Source: Torpedo marmorata
Taxonomy: Eukaryota
DNA: 64,000 nt
Direction of reading: 5' to 3'
NCBI GenBank assembly: GCA_977017645.1
Contig: OZ360219.1
Span: 121,396,001-121,460,000, forward strand
Shown here in pieces: positions 1-13,334 of this stretch. Within the stretch, counting starts at the first letter, position 1. Each line of letters begins with the position of its first letter. The position numbers were made by a program, and so were the translations under genes. The notes beneath the pieces were generated by a model, which saw nothing but the letters and a program-made list of their open reading frames with translations, was not told where the DNA came from and searched no databases.

Positions 1-870
1 TTATGTGTTTTTCTCAATATTTTTTTCTGTACACATGTTCATATGTTAAACTCAATAAAAATATTTTAAAAGGAGATAGTATAAAATAATGGAAAGTCAA
101 TCGTGAGTGTCAGCAAAACAAATTCATTTGGAGTTGCCAATCCAGGAGGAATGGAAGTAAAATAGGTGAGGAATTGCAATCATTTTCAAAAATATGCCAT
201 GGTTCATTGATTTCTCAATCTGGTGATTCAGATTCTGTTTATAGGTCACACATTTGTAATCCAGGTAATTGGATTGGAATGAGTCTACATCCTAATCCTG
301 CTGTTATCAGGAAATCCTAAAGTGATTATGTGGGTTGTCACGGCAGAAATATTAGATGCTTTCCAGGCCATGAGAGAAACCAAATAGACACAGACTAGAA
401 TTTGCTCACATGAAGGTTTGGCTTGGGATAGAAAATTGTGGAACTTTATGAAGTAATTTCTCCTTCACTTTCATAAAACTTCTGATTTAGCATTTCATTC
501 AGTTCTCATTAAAAAGTTGGAAAATATTGGAATAAATAGCAAAATATTGGATTTTATCTGGGCAACACACTCCAGTTCCAAGATCAATGTTCATTTACAG
601 AGGCTAGAGGCTCAACACCAGATTCTTTATACACTATTCCAGAATTCATTAAAGGTGTTTTAAGGTAGCATGTGTTCACTGATACTGTGTTTGGATTCTG
701 CCAAAAATCACTCTATTTTCGATCTCTTTGCATCCTTTTCCGTATATGGATAGAATAACTGAATGTGAGAGGAGATGTGATGGTGATAACCTTTGAGCCC
801 ACCATATGTCTGGAGAATCATCTCAGGTTTACATTCAGCTGCCTTTATCAACATTTGTTCCCATCACAAT

Positions 871-2918
871 TGTAACAAATGTGCTATGATTAATCTTTAG
901 TTTAATGTTTAAACTATATTTCATCTAGATATGGCTTAGTAAGTTAGTTTTGGGTGGTTTCAGGGGCACAAAGACAACACAGTTGCATTTTAAACACACA
1001 TGGTTCTTTGAGATGGCAGATGGCCATTTGCAGAGACAGAATGTCTGCTAATTTGCAGTTGAAGCCAAGAGATGAAAGGCTTTATGATGGTTCTTGAGAT
1101 ACTGAAAACAATTGGTGTTGGCTCAGAAGCACCTGTCTAAATGCAGATTCATTCTGTGTCCATGTGGGCAGTCATCACGGAGGCATCTTCTCATTAACTT
1201 TTGGAGAAGTTGGAACTTCAAACACTCAGGAAAATACTTAGTCAAACGCAGGAAGGCATAAGTGGAATGAGATGCTTTTAGCACATAAGTGTGAAGAGGA
1301 CATTATGAACTTCAAAGACAGAAATGATGTCACATACCATGTGACATGAGAGATGTGCAAGAAATATATTATCGAACACAGAAACAAAGAGCAGTTTAAG
1401 AAGATTTGACTTCCTGGAAAGACAGGACTTTGAACAGTGATCTCTGAAAATAGTTAGAGATGTTGTTCTGTCTGGTATTATCCTTAGCATAGGAGATACA
1501 CAACATAAGTGACTTTTAAAATAAGTAAGACCACTTCCGACTGCCTCTAAAAAAAGAGAGCAGCCTCATATGTAACTTTCAATTAAGAAAGAAATCATTG
1601 TGGAAAACAGACTCCGGAACTCTTAGGCAAGATAAGAGGGAGTTTGTGGAAAAAATCTCATGAAGAATAATATCTATCTCAAAGACAACTCATCAAAAGA
1701 TGTGTGAGTTTGAAAGAAATCGAGTGCTTCACTTTTGCTTTATAATTACTTCTGAAACAATTTAATGGGATCCTGAAGTTTAACAAGAAGTTGGAAACTA
1801 GACTTTAAAATGGACTTTTCAGACTCAAGTTTAAACTGAAATAGTTTGGAATTTAACACACACATATTTACATTTGCGCATAGTGGGGTTTAAGTTAGAG
1901 TTAAGTTTAGAGGTAAGTAAGAAATGTTATGTTATTAATAGTTTAATAAAAACAATTATTTTTAATTTACCATTGTCTGGTGAATTTTCCATTTTTTACA
2001 AAATCAAACCAGCAACGACAGAAGACGCAATGCAAAAGGGGTAAAATTGAAATTTATATTTATTAAAGACAATTAAACATATAATTTCACAACAATTAAC
2101 CCCGCTATAAACGTCTATAAACACTATTCTTATCTAAAAGGTGTGTGTGTGTGTGTGTGTGTGTAAAGCCCAGACCATTACAGTCTGTGCCCAACCCTTA
2201 TGTAAAAATGGAAAAACTTTCCCCAAAAACCTCAGGTCAGTAATAAAAACAAGTCAGTCAAAAAAAAAAAATACAGTCCACAAAAATTCACTCTCTAAGT
2301 TCAGGTTTCAAATTCAGCTCTGTGTGCTGGTAGAAGTACTTCTGAATGAACGTTGGAGAGAGACAATGACTGTTTATGCTTACAAATACTTGGCTTGTTT
2401 TTCTTCTCTGATGACGTTCCCTTCTTGTGTTTTCATAAGGATTGCGAATTCAGATCAGTATACCACTGATTGAGGCATGTGCTTGGATCTCACAGCTGGT
2501 CTCGCTGATCTCACGCCTGTTCTCCACAAAAGTTGCTTTTAACTCAGGATTTCTCTGAGACAGGAGGCCATGTGCTATCCTTCCAGCCTTTTCCTCTGGG
2601 ATGCCCAAGCCTGGATTTGGCTGTGTTCTCTAGCCTTTGCAACTCCAAAACTGTCTGCTTTTTGCAGAGTCTGCACCTTCTTTTGCAAAAGTGCAACAAA
2701 GTATCTTTTCCACAGCCTGTCTCTCTCTGCTCTCTCTCTCTCTCTCTCTGGGTACACCAAGTCCTGGGCAAGTTAACTCTTTCAGTACCTGGTCCCAGTG
2801 TGTACTCCAAAAGACTTCATACTTCCTGCTGACCGTCTGCAGTCCAAATGGTCAGTCATGATCCATAACACATTGCTATTCCTTTGTTAGTACTAGCAAG
2901 TTTTGTTAGTTCATAACA
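871..2918 (+). mobile_element. Solo LTR (Gypsy/ERV-type), about 1.17 kb, interrupted by a second solo LTR
   Basis: TGTAAC...ATAACA termini; 4-bp TSD CAAT (867-870 / 2919-2922); AATAAA near 1945; no coding remnants. Confidence 0.75.
1994..2870 (-). mobile_element. Solo LTR family B, copy 1
   Basis: Reverse-complement homolog of 6172-7041; 4-bp TSD CATT (1990-1993 / 2871-2874); left terminus TGTTACA mutated to TTTTACA; contains (GT)n and (CT)n microsatellites. Confidence 0.85.
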
Positions 2919-2984
2919 CAATCATGTCATAAAGGTTGCTGATGGCCAAAGGGTTTTCAGTTTATTTTTGCCTGGCTACTCTTT

Positions 2985-3802
2985 AAGAGCAGCGCTGCCG
3001 CTGGTGCGGACCCATGGGGAGCGAGGGAGCAGAGATACAGCGCTCCCGTGGGGTCCAGCCGCCCAGTTGACTGCTGTCGGTTCCGCACGGGCTTTGAATG
3101 ACCCGTTAAAGGAGCCGACGGTGGTTTTATTTGAGATCCCGCGACCGCGGGGTCTGCGCCCAAGATGGCAGCGCCTTTTAATCGGCAGCAGCCACGAGGG
3201 GCTGCAGACTCCGGGGAAGCGGGGGACTGGAGCAGGGCACCAGAGGACGGGAAGATCACCCCCCGTCTGAGAAGGAGAAGCGGTGGAGACAACCCACGGG
3301 ACAGTGACCACAGCGGTGGACCGGTGAGGGGCTCTGAGGCTGAAGGACCAGTGCATGCGGCGGGCTGCTGGCGACTCGAGGCGAGGAACCCGCGGAGGCT
3401 GTGGGCTGCTGGAGACTGCTGTCGGGGGACTCACGCCGGGCTGCGGACTGCTGGAGGCCGGCTCGAATTGGCTGGAGGAGTACCAGGTATTGGAACCGGG
3501 ATGCGAGGGGGTGCCGAGGGCGACCTGACCGTGTTGGAGGCTCGGATCTGGAGCTCAGGATGCCGATCAATTGGACTGGACTCTGTGTGGCTGCGGAAGC
3601 GCTGGAGGAGAATCTACGGACACTCGGTGACTCTGGGGGGACTCTCTTTTGCTTCTCTTTCTCTGACTGTAAGGAATGTTAGAGGCGCTTACGCAATTTC
3701 TGCCGGTGGTGAATCTGTCTGCCTTGCAGCAGACAAAAAGAAATTTCATGGAATATGATACTGTCTTATTACTATGACAATAAATTGAATCTTGAATCTT
3801 GA
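2985..3802 (+). mobile_element. GC-rich non-autonomous retroposon (SINE-like), copy 1
   Basis: Homologous to 15741-16550 (-) and 34764-35390 (+); ends TGACAATAAA + (TTGAATC)n like Rex1-type LINE tails; 5' boundary approximate. Confidence 0.75.
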
Positions 3803-4049
3803 TGTGCACCAATGTCTCCTCAATGTGGCTCAGTGGCAACCTTTAATTTGCAAAGGATCTTGAAAAAATGTTGCAATATTATAGCTGTGGCATTAATGGA
3901 AGTCAAGCGATTGAACATTATCCACAGTTCTCACACATTTTATTCATGACAGATGGAGGCCATTCAGCCTATTGACAGCATGCTGGCTCTCAGTGCATTC
4001 CCATTGATTCCATTTACCCTTTTATTTCCCTGTAACCTGTTTTCTCTCA

Positions 4050-7000
4050 CATAGAACCACAAAACCATAGAACACTACAGCACAGAAAAAGGCTCCTTCG
4101 GCCCTTCTAGTCTGTGCCGAACCATTTTTTTTGCCTAGTCCCACTGACCTGCTCCCAGTCCATAGCCCTCCATACCTCTCCCATCCATGTACCTGTCCAA
4201 ATTCTTCTTAAATGTTAAAATTGAGCCAGCATTCACACCTCAGCTGGCAGCTCATTCCACACTCCCATCACTCTCTGTGTGAAAAGGTTCCCCCTCATGT
4301 TCCCCCTAAACTTTTCCGCTTTCACTCTTACCCCTTGTCCTCTGGTTTGTATCTCACCTACCCTCAGTGGAAAAAGCCTATCTACATTTACTCTGTCTAT
4401 CCCCCTCATAATTTTAAATACCTCTATCAAATCTCCCCTCATTCATCTACGCTCCAGGGAATAAAGACCTAACCTGTTTAACCTTTCCCTGTAACTCAGT
4501 TCCTGAAGTCCCAGAAACATCCTAGTAAATCTTCTCTGCACTCTTTCTATCTTATTGATATCTTTCCTGCAGTTAGGTGACCAAAACTGTACACAATACT
4601 CCAAATTTGGCCTCACCAATGTCTTATACATCTTTATCGTAACATCCCAACTCCTATACTCAATACTTTGATTTATGAAGTCCAATATACCAAAAGCTCT
4701 CTTTACAACCCTATCCACCTGTGACGCCACTCTCAGGGAATTATGTATCTGTATTCCCAGATCCCTCTGTTCTACCGCACTCCTCAGTGCCCTACCATTT
4801 ACCGTGTATGTCCTTTCTTGGTTTGTCCTTCCAAAATGCAACACCTCACACTTGTCTGCATTAAATTCCATCTGCCATTTTTCAGCCCATTTTTCCAGCT
4901 GGTCAGGTCCCTTTGCAAGCTCTGAAAACCTTCTTTGCTGTCCACAACGCCTCCAACCTTAGTATCATATGCAAACTTGCTGATCCAATTTACCACATTT
5001 TTATCCAGATCATTGATATAGTTGACAAACAACAATGGTCCCATCACTGATCCCAGAGGCACACCACTAGTCACAGGCCTCCAGTGTGAGAAGCAATCAT
5101 CCACCACTACTCTCTGGCTTCTCCCGTCCAGCCATTGTTGAATCCAGTTCACTACTTCACCATGAATAGCTTGCGTCTTGAACCTTCCTGACTAACTCCC
5201 ATGTGGGACCTTGTCAAAGGCCTTACTAAAGTCCATGTAGACAACATCCACAGCTTTTCCTTTGTCAACTTTCCTGGTAACCTTCTCGGTAAACTCTATA
5301 AAATTGGTTAAACATGACTTACCACGCACAAAGCCATGTTGACGATCCCTAATCAGTTTCTGGCGATCCAAATAATTGCATATCTGATCTCTTAGATCAC
5401 CTTCCAATAATTTACTTACTACTGACATCAGGCTCACCGGCCTATAATTTCCAGGGTTACTTTTGGAGTCTTTTTTAAACAACAGAACAACGTGAGCTAC
5501 CCTCCAATCCTCCATCACCACACCCGTGGCTAAGGACATTTCAAATAATTCTGCCAGAGCCCCTGCAATTTCTACACTAGTCTCCCTCAAGGTCCAAGGG
5601 AATATCTTGTCAGGCCCTGGTGATTTATCCACCCTTATTTGCGTTAAGACAGCAAGCACTTCCTCCTCTTTAATCTGTATAGGTTCCATGACCTCACTGC
5701 TTGTTTTCCTTACTTCCCACGACTCTGTGCCTGTTTCCTGAGTGAATACTGATGAAAAAAAAAAAAGATCTCCCCCATCTCTTTTGGCTCCATTAAAAGC
5801 CGACCACTCTGATTTTCAAGTGGAACAATTTTGTTCCTTACTATCCTTTTTCTCTTAATATACCTGTAGAAACCCTTAGGATTTTGCTTCACATTGTCTG
5901 CCAAAGCAATCTCATGTCTTCTTTTAGCCTTCCTGATTTCTTTCTTGACATTTTTCTTGCATTTTTTAATACTCAAGTACCTCATTTGCTGCATGTTGCC
6001 TGTACCTGCTAGACCTGTTCCTCTCTCTTCTTCCAAACCAGATCCCCAATATCCTTTGAAAACCAAGGTTCCCTATGCCTGATAACCTTGCCTTTAATCC
6101 TGACAGGAACATACAAACTCTGTACAGGTGTACTCTCAAAATTTCACCTTTGAAAGTCCTTCATTTACCTCTGTTATGGACCATGACTGACCATTTGGAC
6201 TGCGAACAGTCAGCAGGAAGGATGAAGTCTTTTGGAGTACACACTGGGACCAGGCACTGAAAGAGTTAGCTTGCCCAGGACTGGGTGTGCTCAGAGAGAG
6301 AGAGACCGAGAGAGAGAGACAGGCTGTGGAAAGATACATTGTTGCACTTTTGCAAAAGTAGGTGCAAACCTCTGCAAAAAGCATTGAGATTCAGTTTTGA
6401 GTTGCAAGAGGCTGGAAGAACACAGCCAAAATCCAGGCTTGTGCATCCCAGGGGAAAAGGCTGGGAAAATAGTACATGGCCTCCTGTATCACCAAAATCC
6501 TGAGTTAAAACAACTTTCGTGAAGAACAGGCGTGAGATCAGCGAGACTGGCTATGAGATCCAAGTATACGCCTCAATCAAAACTGATTTGGAATCACAAT
6601 CCTCATGTACCTACCAAAAGGAAAAGTCATCAGGGAAGAAAATCAGGCCAAGCATTCGTAAGCTTAAACAGTCATTGTCTCTCTCTCCAACGTTCATTAA
6701 GAAGTCCTTCATGCCGGCACACAGAGCTGAATTTGGACCCTGAACATAGAGAGTGATTTTTGTGGACTGTATTTTTGGGACTGACTTATTTTTATGACTG
6801 ACCTGGGGGTTTTGGGGAAGATTTTTCATTTTTACATGAGGGTTGGGCACAGACTGTAATGGTCTGGAATTTACATACATACACACACACATACTCTTTT
6901 GATAAGAATAGTGTTTATAGACGTTTATAGTGGGGTTAATTGTTAAGAAATTATATGTTTAATTGTCTTTAATAAATATAAATTTCAATTTTACCCCTTT

Positions 7001-8474
7001 TGCATTGCGTCTTCTGTCGTTGCTGGTTTCAGTTTGTAACACCTCACACATCCTTGCCCGAAAACAACTTATCACAATTCTAGATCCTTTCTCATTTCCT
7101 CAAAATTAGCCTTTCTCCAATTTAGAATTTAAACCGGAGGCCCAGACCTATTCTTCTCCATAATTAACTTGAAACTAATGGCATGATCACTGGACCCAAA
7201 ATGTTCCCCTACACATACTTCTTTCGCCTGTCCTGTTTTGTTTCCTTAAAGGAGATCCAATATTGCACTCTCTCTCATTGGTTCCTCTATATATTGATTT
7301 AGAAAACTTTCCTGAACACATTTGATAAACTCCAAGCCATACAGCCCTTTTACAGTATTGGAGTCCCAGTCAATATGTGGAAAATTAAAATCTATTACAA
7401 CCTTATGTTTTCTGCAGTTGTCTGCTATCTCTCTACAGATTTGCTCCTCCAATTCTTGCTGACTATTGGGTGGTCTTTAATACAATGCCCTGAGTGTGGT
7501 CATACCTTTCCCGTTCCTCAGCTCCACCCATATAGCCTCAGTAGACGAGCCCTCTGGTCTGTCCAGCCTGAGCACAGCTGTGATATTTTCCCTGACGAGC
7601 AATGCCACTCCTCCCCATTTCATCCCCCCCGTTCTATTTCGTCTAAAGCAACAGAAGCCCGGAACATTGAGCTGCCAGTCCTGCCCCTTCTGCAACCAAC
7701 TTTCACTAATGACCACAATGTCATAATTCCACTTGCCAATTCACGCTCTAAGTTCATCTGCCTTTCCAACAATATGCCTTGCATTGAAATAGATGCACCT
7801 TAGAAATTTTTCACCACGTACAACCCGTTGACTTCTAATGGTGCATGCAATTTTCACATTATCTTTTCTCTCCTCCATTCCTCTATCTGCTCCAGCACCC
7901 TGGTTCCCATTCCCCTGCAAATCTAGTTTAAACCCACCGGAGCAGCACTAGCAAACCTTCCTGCAAGGATATCAGTCCCTCTCCAGTTCAGATGCAAACC
8001 GTCCCGTCAGAACAGGTCCCACCTTCCCTGGAAGAGAGCCCAATGATCCAGAAACCTGAAGCCCTCCCTCCTGCACCATGTCTTTAGCCACGTGTTAAGC
8101 TGCATTATCCTCCTATTTCTAACCTCACTTGCATGTAGCACGGGTAGCAATCCTGAGATCACAACCCTGGAGGTCCTGTCCTTCAACCTAGCGCCTAACT
8201 CCCTGAACTCTCCATGCAGGACCTCCTCACCCTTCCTACCAACGTTATTGGTCTCTATATGGACCACGACATCTGGCAGCTCACCCTCCCTCCTGAGAAT
8301 GCCGTGAACTCGATCTGAGATATCTCTGACCCTGGCACCAGGGAGGCAACATACCATCCGGGATACTCGATCTCTTCCACAGAACCTCTTATCTGTCCCC
8401 CTAACTATGGAATCCCCTATCACTACAGCTCGCCTCTTCTCCTCCCTTCCCTTCTTAGCCACAGGACCAGGCAT
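4050..8474 (-). mobile_element. CR1 LINE, 5'-truncated and frameshifted (ORF1 esterase, EN, RT fragments)
   Basis: ORF1 SGNH motif VIGDSIVRG (8007-8474); EN GGVALLVRE (7477-7716); RT GNYRPVSL, DFSKAFDKVPH, SGVPLGSVMGP, KFAYDTK (4799-5689); 3' tandem tail near 4050; split by LTR 6172-7041. Confidence 0.93.
6172..7041 (+). mobile_element. Solo LTR family B, copy 2, inserted in CR1
   Basis: TGTTA...TAACA termini; 4-bp TSD CCTC (6168-6171 / 7042-7045); AATAAA near 6971; 870 bp. Confidence 0.88.
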
Positions 8475-8690
8475 GTTCTTTATCTCTTCCGTGATTCTCT
8501 GACCACCTACCTAATCCGGGGGTTATAGTTGCCAATCAATTCTTTAACCACACATCTTTGGGATGTGGCAGGCAACCCAGGAGCAACCCATATCATCATA
8601 AAGAGAGCATGCACACTCCAGGAGAGGTTGGGACCAAACCTGGATTGCTCTAGCTGTGGAGTAGCAGCACTACTTGCTACCTCTCTGTGC
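8475..8690 (-). mobile_element. Degenerate tRNA-derived SINE (HE1/V-SINE-like) 5' half; its 3' half lies at about 3950-4049, split off by the CR1
   Basis: Minus strand reads GTAGCAAGTAGTGCTGCTACTCCACAGCTAGAGCAATCCAGGTTTGGTCCC, resembling the A/B-box head of shark HE1 SINEs as recalled; core CTTTGGGATGTGG...AACCC on +. Confidence 0.5.
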
Positions 8691-9239
8691 AGCCTAACTT
8701 AATATGGTCGAAAAATATTCCACCCTTGCAATTTTGTGTGTTCACTCAGACCAATTTTTCAGAGTATCCACTGGAGTTATGGTGGGATATTATGGAAATC
8801 ACATAGAAATATGGTTACATTGCTGGAAGCCAGTCAGATGAAACACCTACATTCAATTACAGAGTCCATACACTCCACTCCAGATCCTGGGTTATTTTCT
8901 CAGGCAAGAAAGAAATATCTCAGTTGAAGAATGGAGAGTGAAGAGGACAAAAACAAAAATATCAAAGAACGTCTGTGTATCCAAAACTACTTAAACAGAA
9001 CATAATAATGGAGCCCTTTGTCAAATTAATATTATTGATGAAACCCCATGAGGCCATTTCACACAGCAGTTGTAGAAAATGTGTAATTCATTTTTACAGA
9101 GACTCAGGGACAGGCTCATTTTCATGTGATCGTACTTAACTCTTCATTGGAAGAGAATTCAGATTGATTTTACTTGCAAGCTGGAAGAATGCCAGGATGG
9201 TAAATGTACAAACACACCAAGGTCCATACCTGAGGATAA

Positions 9240-9825
9240 CCTGATCAAACATGGGAATAAATATCTCCAATCACCTGACCCGGCACGACAACATTGAAGC
9301 AATGGTCAAGAGAGTGTAATTTCGCAGATGACGAAGGAAGTTCCGCATGTCCCACTTGACCCTCAGTGACTTCGTCAGGTACACCATCAAAAGCATACTG
9401 GCTGGATGCATCATTGCGGGGTATGGGAGCTGCTCTGTTAAAGATTAGAAGAAATTGCAGAAAGTAGTGAACGCAGCTCAGAAGATAACACAAACTTCCC
9501 TTCCCTCCATTGTCCCTATCTACATCTCCTGCTGCCTGGGAAAGACAGCCGGCATATTGAAGGACCCATCGCACCCCAGACACACTCTCTCTCTTTACGT
9601 TGGGATGAAAGTATGCACCAATAGGCTTTAAGACAGCTCCCCAATCATCAGGCTCCTGAATGAACTCCAGCTCTCGTGCTTCCCTTCCTTACTTCTATCT
9701 GATCTTCCTTTTGTTGTATTCCACTACTCTAAATTGTGCTCCTCACACGGCTGTATTAGAGATAACCTGTTAGTCTGTTTGCTGGAGAACCCTTCTCAAT
9801 GCACTAAATATTTTGTGACAAACGA
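9240..9825 (+). mobile_element. Degenerate Rex1-type LINE 3' fragment
   Basis: Degenerate Rex1 C-terminal coding (SILAGCIIA, KLQKVVNAAQKIT, LKDPSHP) followed by a 3' UTR. Confidence 0.7.
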
Positions 9826-11056
9826 TAGTAAAATGGAAACAAAAGCCAGGAAGATCGAGAATCACAGCAGTTCCTTTGAACATTGGTTTGAGGGATGGCA
9901 TTAGAGCCACCAGCTTCTAATCCCTGTCTCACCTACATTTGACAGCCCTCCCAGAGAAAACCTGAAAGAGTTGCCAGGACTGACCACAAGCAAAGCCTAT
10001 TAACGGAACAGTTTCTCCAGCCTTAGCTCACCTGGCAAGCTTGCTCTGGGGGTTGCTGCAGGCTGCATAAGAGCTGTGTGTCAGATGGCTCTAATACTCC
10101 ATTAAAACTAAATTCATCTTTTGTCAGAAGCTTGCTGTGAATGTCACTATCCTTTCAGGATTAGCAGCATGGTCATTGCAGTCAATCTGTTGTCATTAAT
10201 AAGGTCTGACACTCCCCACTGCCAGGATGCTCTTTGCCATCTGTTTGAGAATCATATCAGTGTCCATACCTATTTGTTGCAAATAAAAATCCTCTCAACA
10301 GTTTGCTTAACTACTAAGCACATTGCTCTGGTTGAAACTGTTCTGGGTTTCTGTGAATATAACCTATGACATAGCCTTTCCTCTTTGAATTTTCACCTGT
10401 CACTCAGTTCCTTAAGAGTTAAAATGTGTTGGGTGGACTCTTTATGAGGTTGATTGAATGGATTTGGTGAGCTCAATTTCTCTTTATTGAACAGTTCCTT
10501 TTGTAATATGCTTGCAATAGCAACTGCAGACTTTAATTGGAGGTCATGTCAATCCATTTAGTTTTACAATTTTGTAACCTTTACTTGAATATTACAGCAA
10601 GAGATTAACCTCTTCAACAGTTTTTGTTTATTCACTAGTGGAGTGGGAAAATTGTTGGCAACTATGGTATTTCTTGTCTTCTGTGGATTGCCCTCCTTCA
10701 TTTAACGAGATAAAGTGAGCAGGTTTTCGAGGATTCGGATCAATGAGGGAGAACGAACACTTCAAGGTAGGGTATTTTTTTAAAGTGGAATAAGTAATAT
10801 GAAAGATTAACAAAACAATGTCTAAGATACAGTATAACAATCAACAAGCAGCAAGTCTCATGCCCTTCTGCTCATCTAGCTTTCTGGTTTGCGACGGCTG
10901 GCTGAGAGAGTCTCAGAGGTCCTGGGCATCGATCGCGATTCTGGACCGAGGCATAGTCCAAAGAACATGCTCACTACTCACACTTTTATAATCAAATAGC
11001 CTGTGCTTCTTTCCTAATCTACACATTCTAATTGGCTATAACTCTGAAAACGAATA

Positions 11057-11263
11057 CAGTAAAACCCCCGGTATCCGGCACATATGGGGATTGGTAGATT
11101 CCGGCCGGATAAGTGTATTTGCCGGTTGCTTGAGATTGCATTTTGCATGATTGGCTAACTAACCACTAGGGTCGCCAATTTTAAACTTTCGTATTTTTTA
11201 ACTATTTATTTTCAACAATTTTTTTGCTGGTTGCTTGAATTCCAGATAATGGGGATTTTACTG
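11057..11263. mobile_element. Tc1/pogo (Tigger-like) MITE, 207 bp
   Basis: TIRs CAGTAAAACCCCCGGTATCCGG / CCAGATAATGGGGATTTTACTG; TA TSD at 11055-11056 and 11264-11265. Confidence 0.85.
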
Positions 11264-11297
11264 TATATTCTAAGTGAAAGACACGTCTTACATTGTT

Positions 11298-13334
11298 TTT
11301 AAAAAAAAATATTTTATTTAAAATTTTAAATCACAAAATACATAAAATAAAATATGAAATTATCAAAATATTTGTGATACATTTTCACCCCCCCTCCCAC
11401 CCTCCCCTCCCCAACCCTCCCAACCCCACTAATCTAATAAAAATAAAAAATATAAAATAAAAATAGAGAAAGAAAAAAAAAGAAAGAAAAACATAGAGTA
11501 AGGAGGATGCCAATCTAAAAAACATACATCTATAAACTAATTCTATTGTGGAGGTCAGCTATGCCAGTAGATCCGATACCCAGAGATCTTCAAATTCTTA
11601 AACCAACAACTTTCATATATGGGCTCCAAATTTTTAAGAAAAAATGGTATTTATTACGTAAATTATAAGTAATTTTTTCAAGTGGTATACACGAACGAAG
11701 TTCTGCATGCCATCTTTCTAATCCTAAATCTAAATCAGATTTCCAAGTAATAGCAATATATTTCTTTGAAACAGCTAAAGCAATTCGCAAAAATTCTATT
11801 TGATACATATTTAATTTCATCTTAATACTAAATTTTCTAATATCTCTGAACAAAAATATCATAGGATCCATTGGAAATGTAATCTTAAATACTTTATCTA
11901 AAAATTTTTTAACTTTCAACCAAAAATCATAAAATTTGGACAAAACCATGTAGAATGTACAAAAGAACCTTCTTCTTTATTACATCTAAAACATAAACCT
12001 GATAATGTCGGATTAAATTTCTTTAGTTTTTTAGGTGTTAAATATAATTGATGAAAAAAATTATATTGTACTAATCTATATCTAACATTAATAATCTTCG
12101 TCATACTTAATTTACATAATTCTTTCCAGTGATTCTCATCTATTGTTACATTCAAATCTAATTCCCATTTTAATCTTGATTTATGAATTCCTACTTCAGA
12201 GGTTTTCCTCTGAAACAATTTATACATTTGAGAAATAAATTTATTTACATCTCCTTTAGTAACTAATAATTCTAATTCATTCTTTCTTGGTAAAATCAAA
12301 CTATAACCTAATTTCTCAATCAGAAATGCTCTAATTTGATAATAAGCAAAAAGTGTATTATCTAATATATTAAATTTATCCTTCATTCTTTGAAAAGTAA
12401 TGAATTTCCCAGCTTCAAAACAGTCATTAATTTTCTTCATTCCTTTTTGAAACCAAATTTTAAATAATTGATTATTAATAGTAAATGGAATAAGTCCATT
12501 TTGATATAAATGCATCCTTGGAGAAATCATTGTTCTTCCACTATTTCCTTATCCGTCTTATTCCATATTTCTAACAAATGTTTAAAAATAGGAGAATTTT
12601 TCTTTCTTGTTGATATTAATTTAGAATCCCATTTATAAATAACTTCTTCTTTGGAATCTTCTTCTATATTATTTAATTCTATTTTAATCCAAGCAGAAGA
12701 TTTAATTGGATCAAAAAGTTCATTAACAAATTTTAATTGAGCTGCTTTATAATCATTTTGGAAATTAGGAAGTTGTAAACCACCCATTTCAAAATTCCAA
12801 GTTAATTTTTCTATACCTACTCTTGCTAACTTTCCTTTCCATAAAATTTTCTAATAATTGAATTTAAATCTCTAAAAAAATTTTGAGGAACTTCATAAGG
12901 AATTGATTGGAAAAGATATTGAATTCTTGGAAAAATATTCATTTTAATACAATTTACCCTTCCCATTAAAGTTATAGGTAAATCTTTCCAATTTTCTAAA
13001 TCCTTTTTTATTTTCACAAATAATAGTAAATAATGTAATATTTTATAAATTATCCAATTTTGTATCAATCTTTATTTCCAAATATTTAATTCCTTCTTTT
13101 GCCCATTTAAATTGTGTAATTTCTTTACACTTACTATAATCCCCTTGTGATAATGCCATAATTTCACTTTTATCAGAGTTAATTTTATATCCCGATATTT
13201 CCCCATATTCTCTCAATAACGCAGACAGTTGTATTAAAGATGTAGTAGATTTTGTCATATATATCAATACATCATCTGCAAATAAACTAATTTTATGTTC
13301 TTCCGTTCCAACTTTAATACCAACTATTTTAGGA
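11298..13334 (-). mobile_element. L1 LINE, 5'-truncated (ORF2 C-terminal part)
   Basis: ORF2 fragments 11590-13267 (ISGYKINSDKS, GRVNCIKMN, CFRC...HSTWFC); AATAAA and A tail at left; 12-bp TSD TCTTACATTGTT (11286-11297 / 13335-13346). Confidence 0.93.

Noticed and set aside
2957-3839. Cluster of overlapping 90-197 aa ORFs (also at 15874-16559 and 34654-35366)
   Set aside because: They arise from the GC-rich repeat; frames and lengths differ between the three copies and no domain is recognisable.
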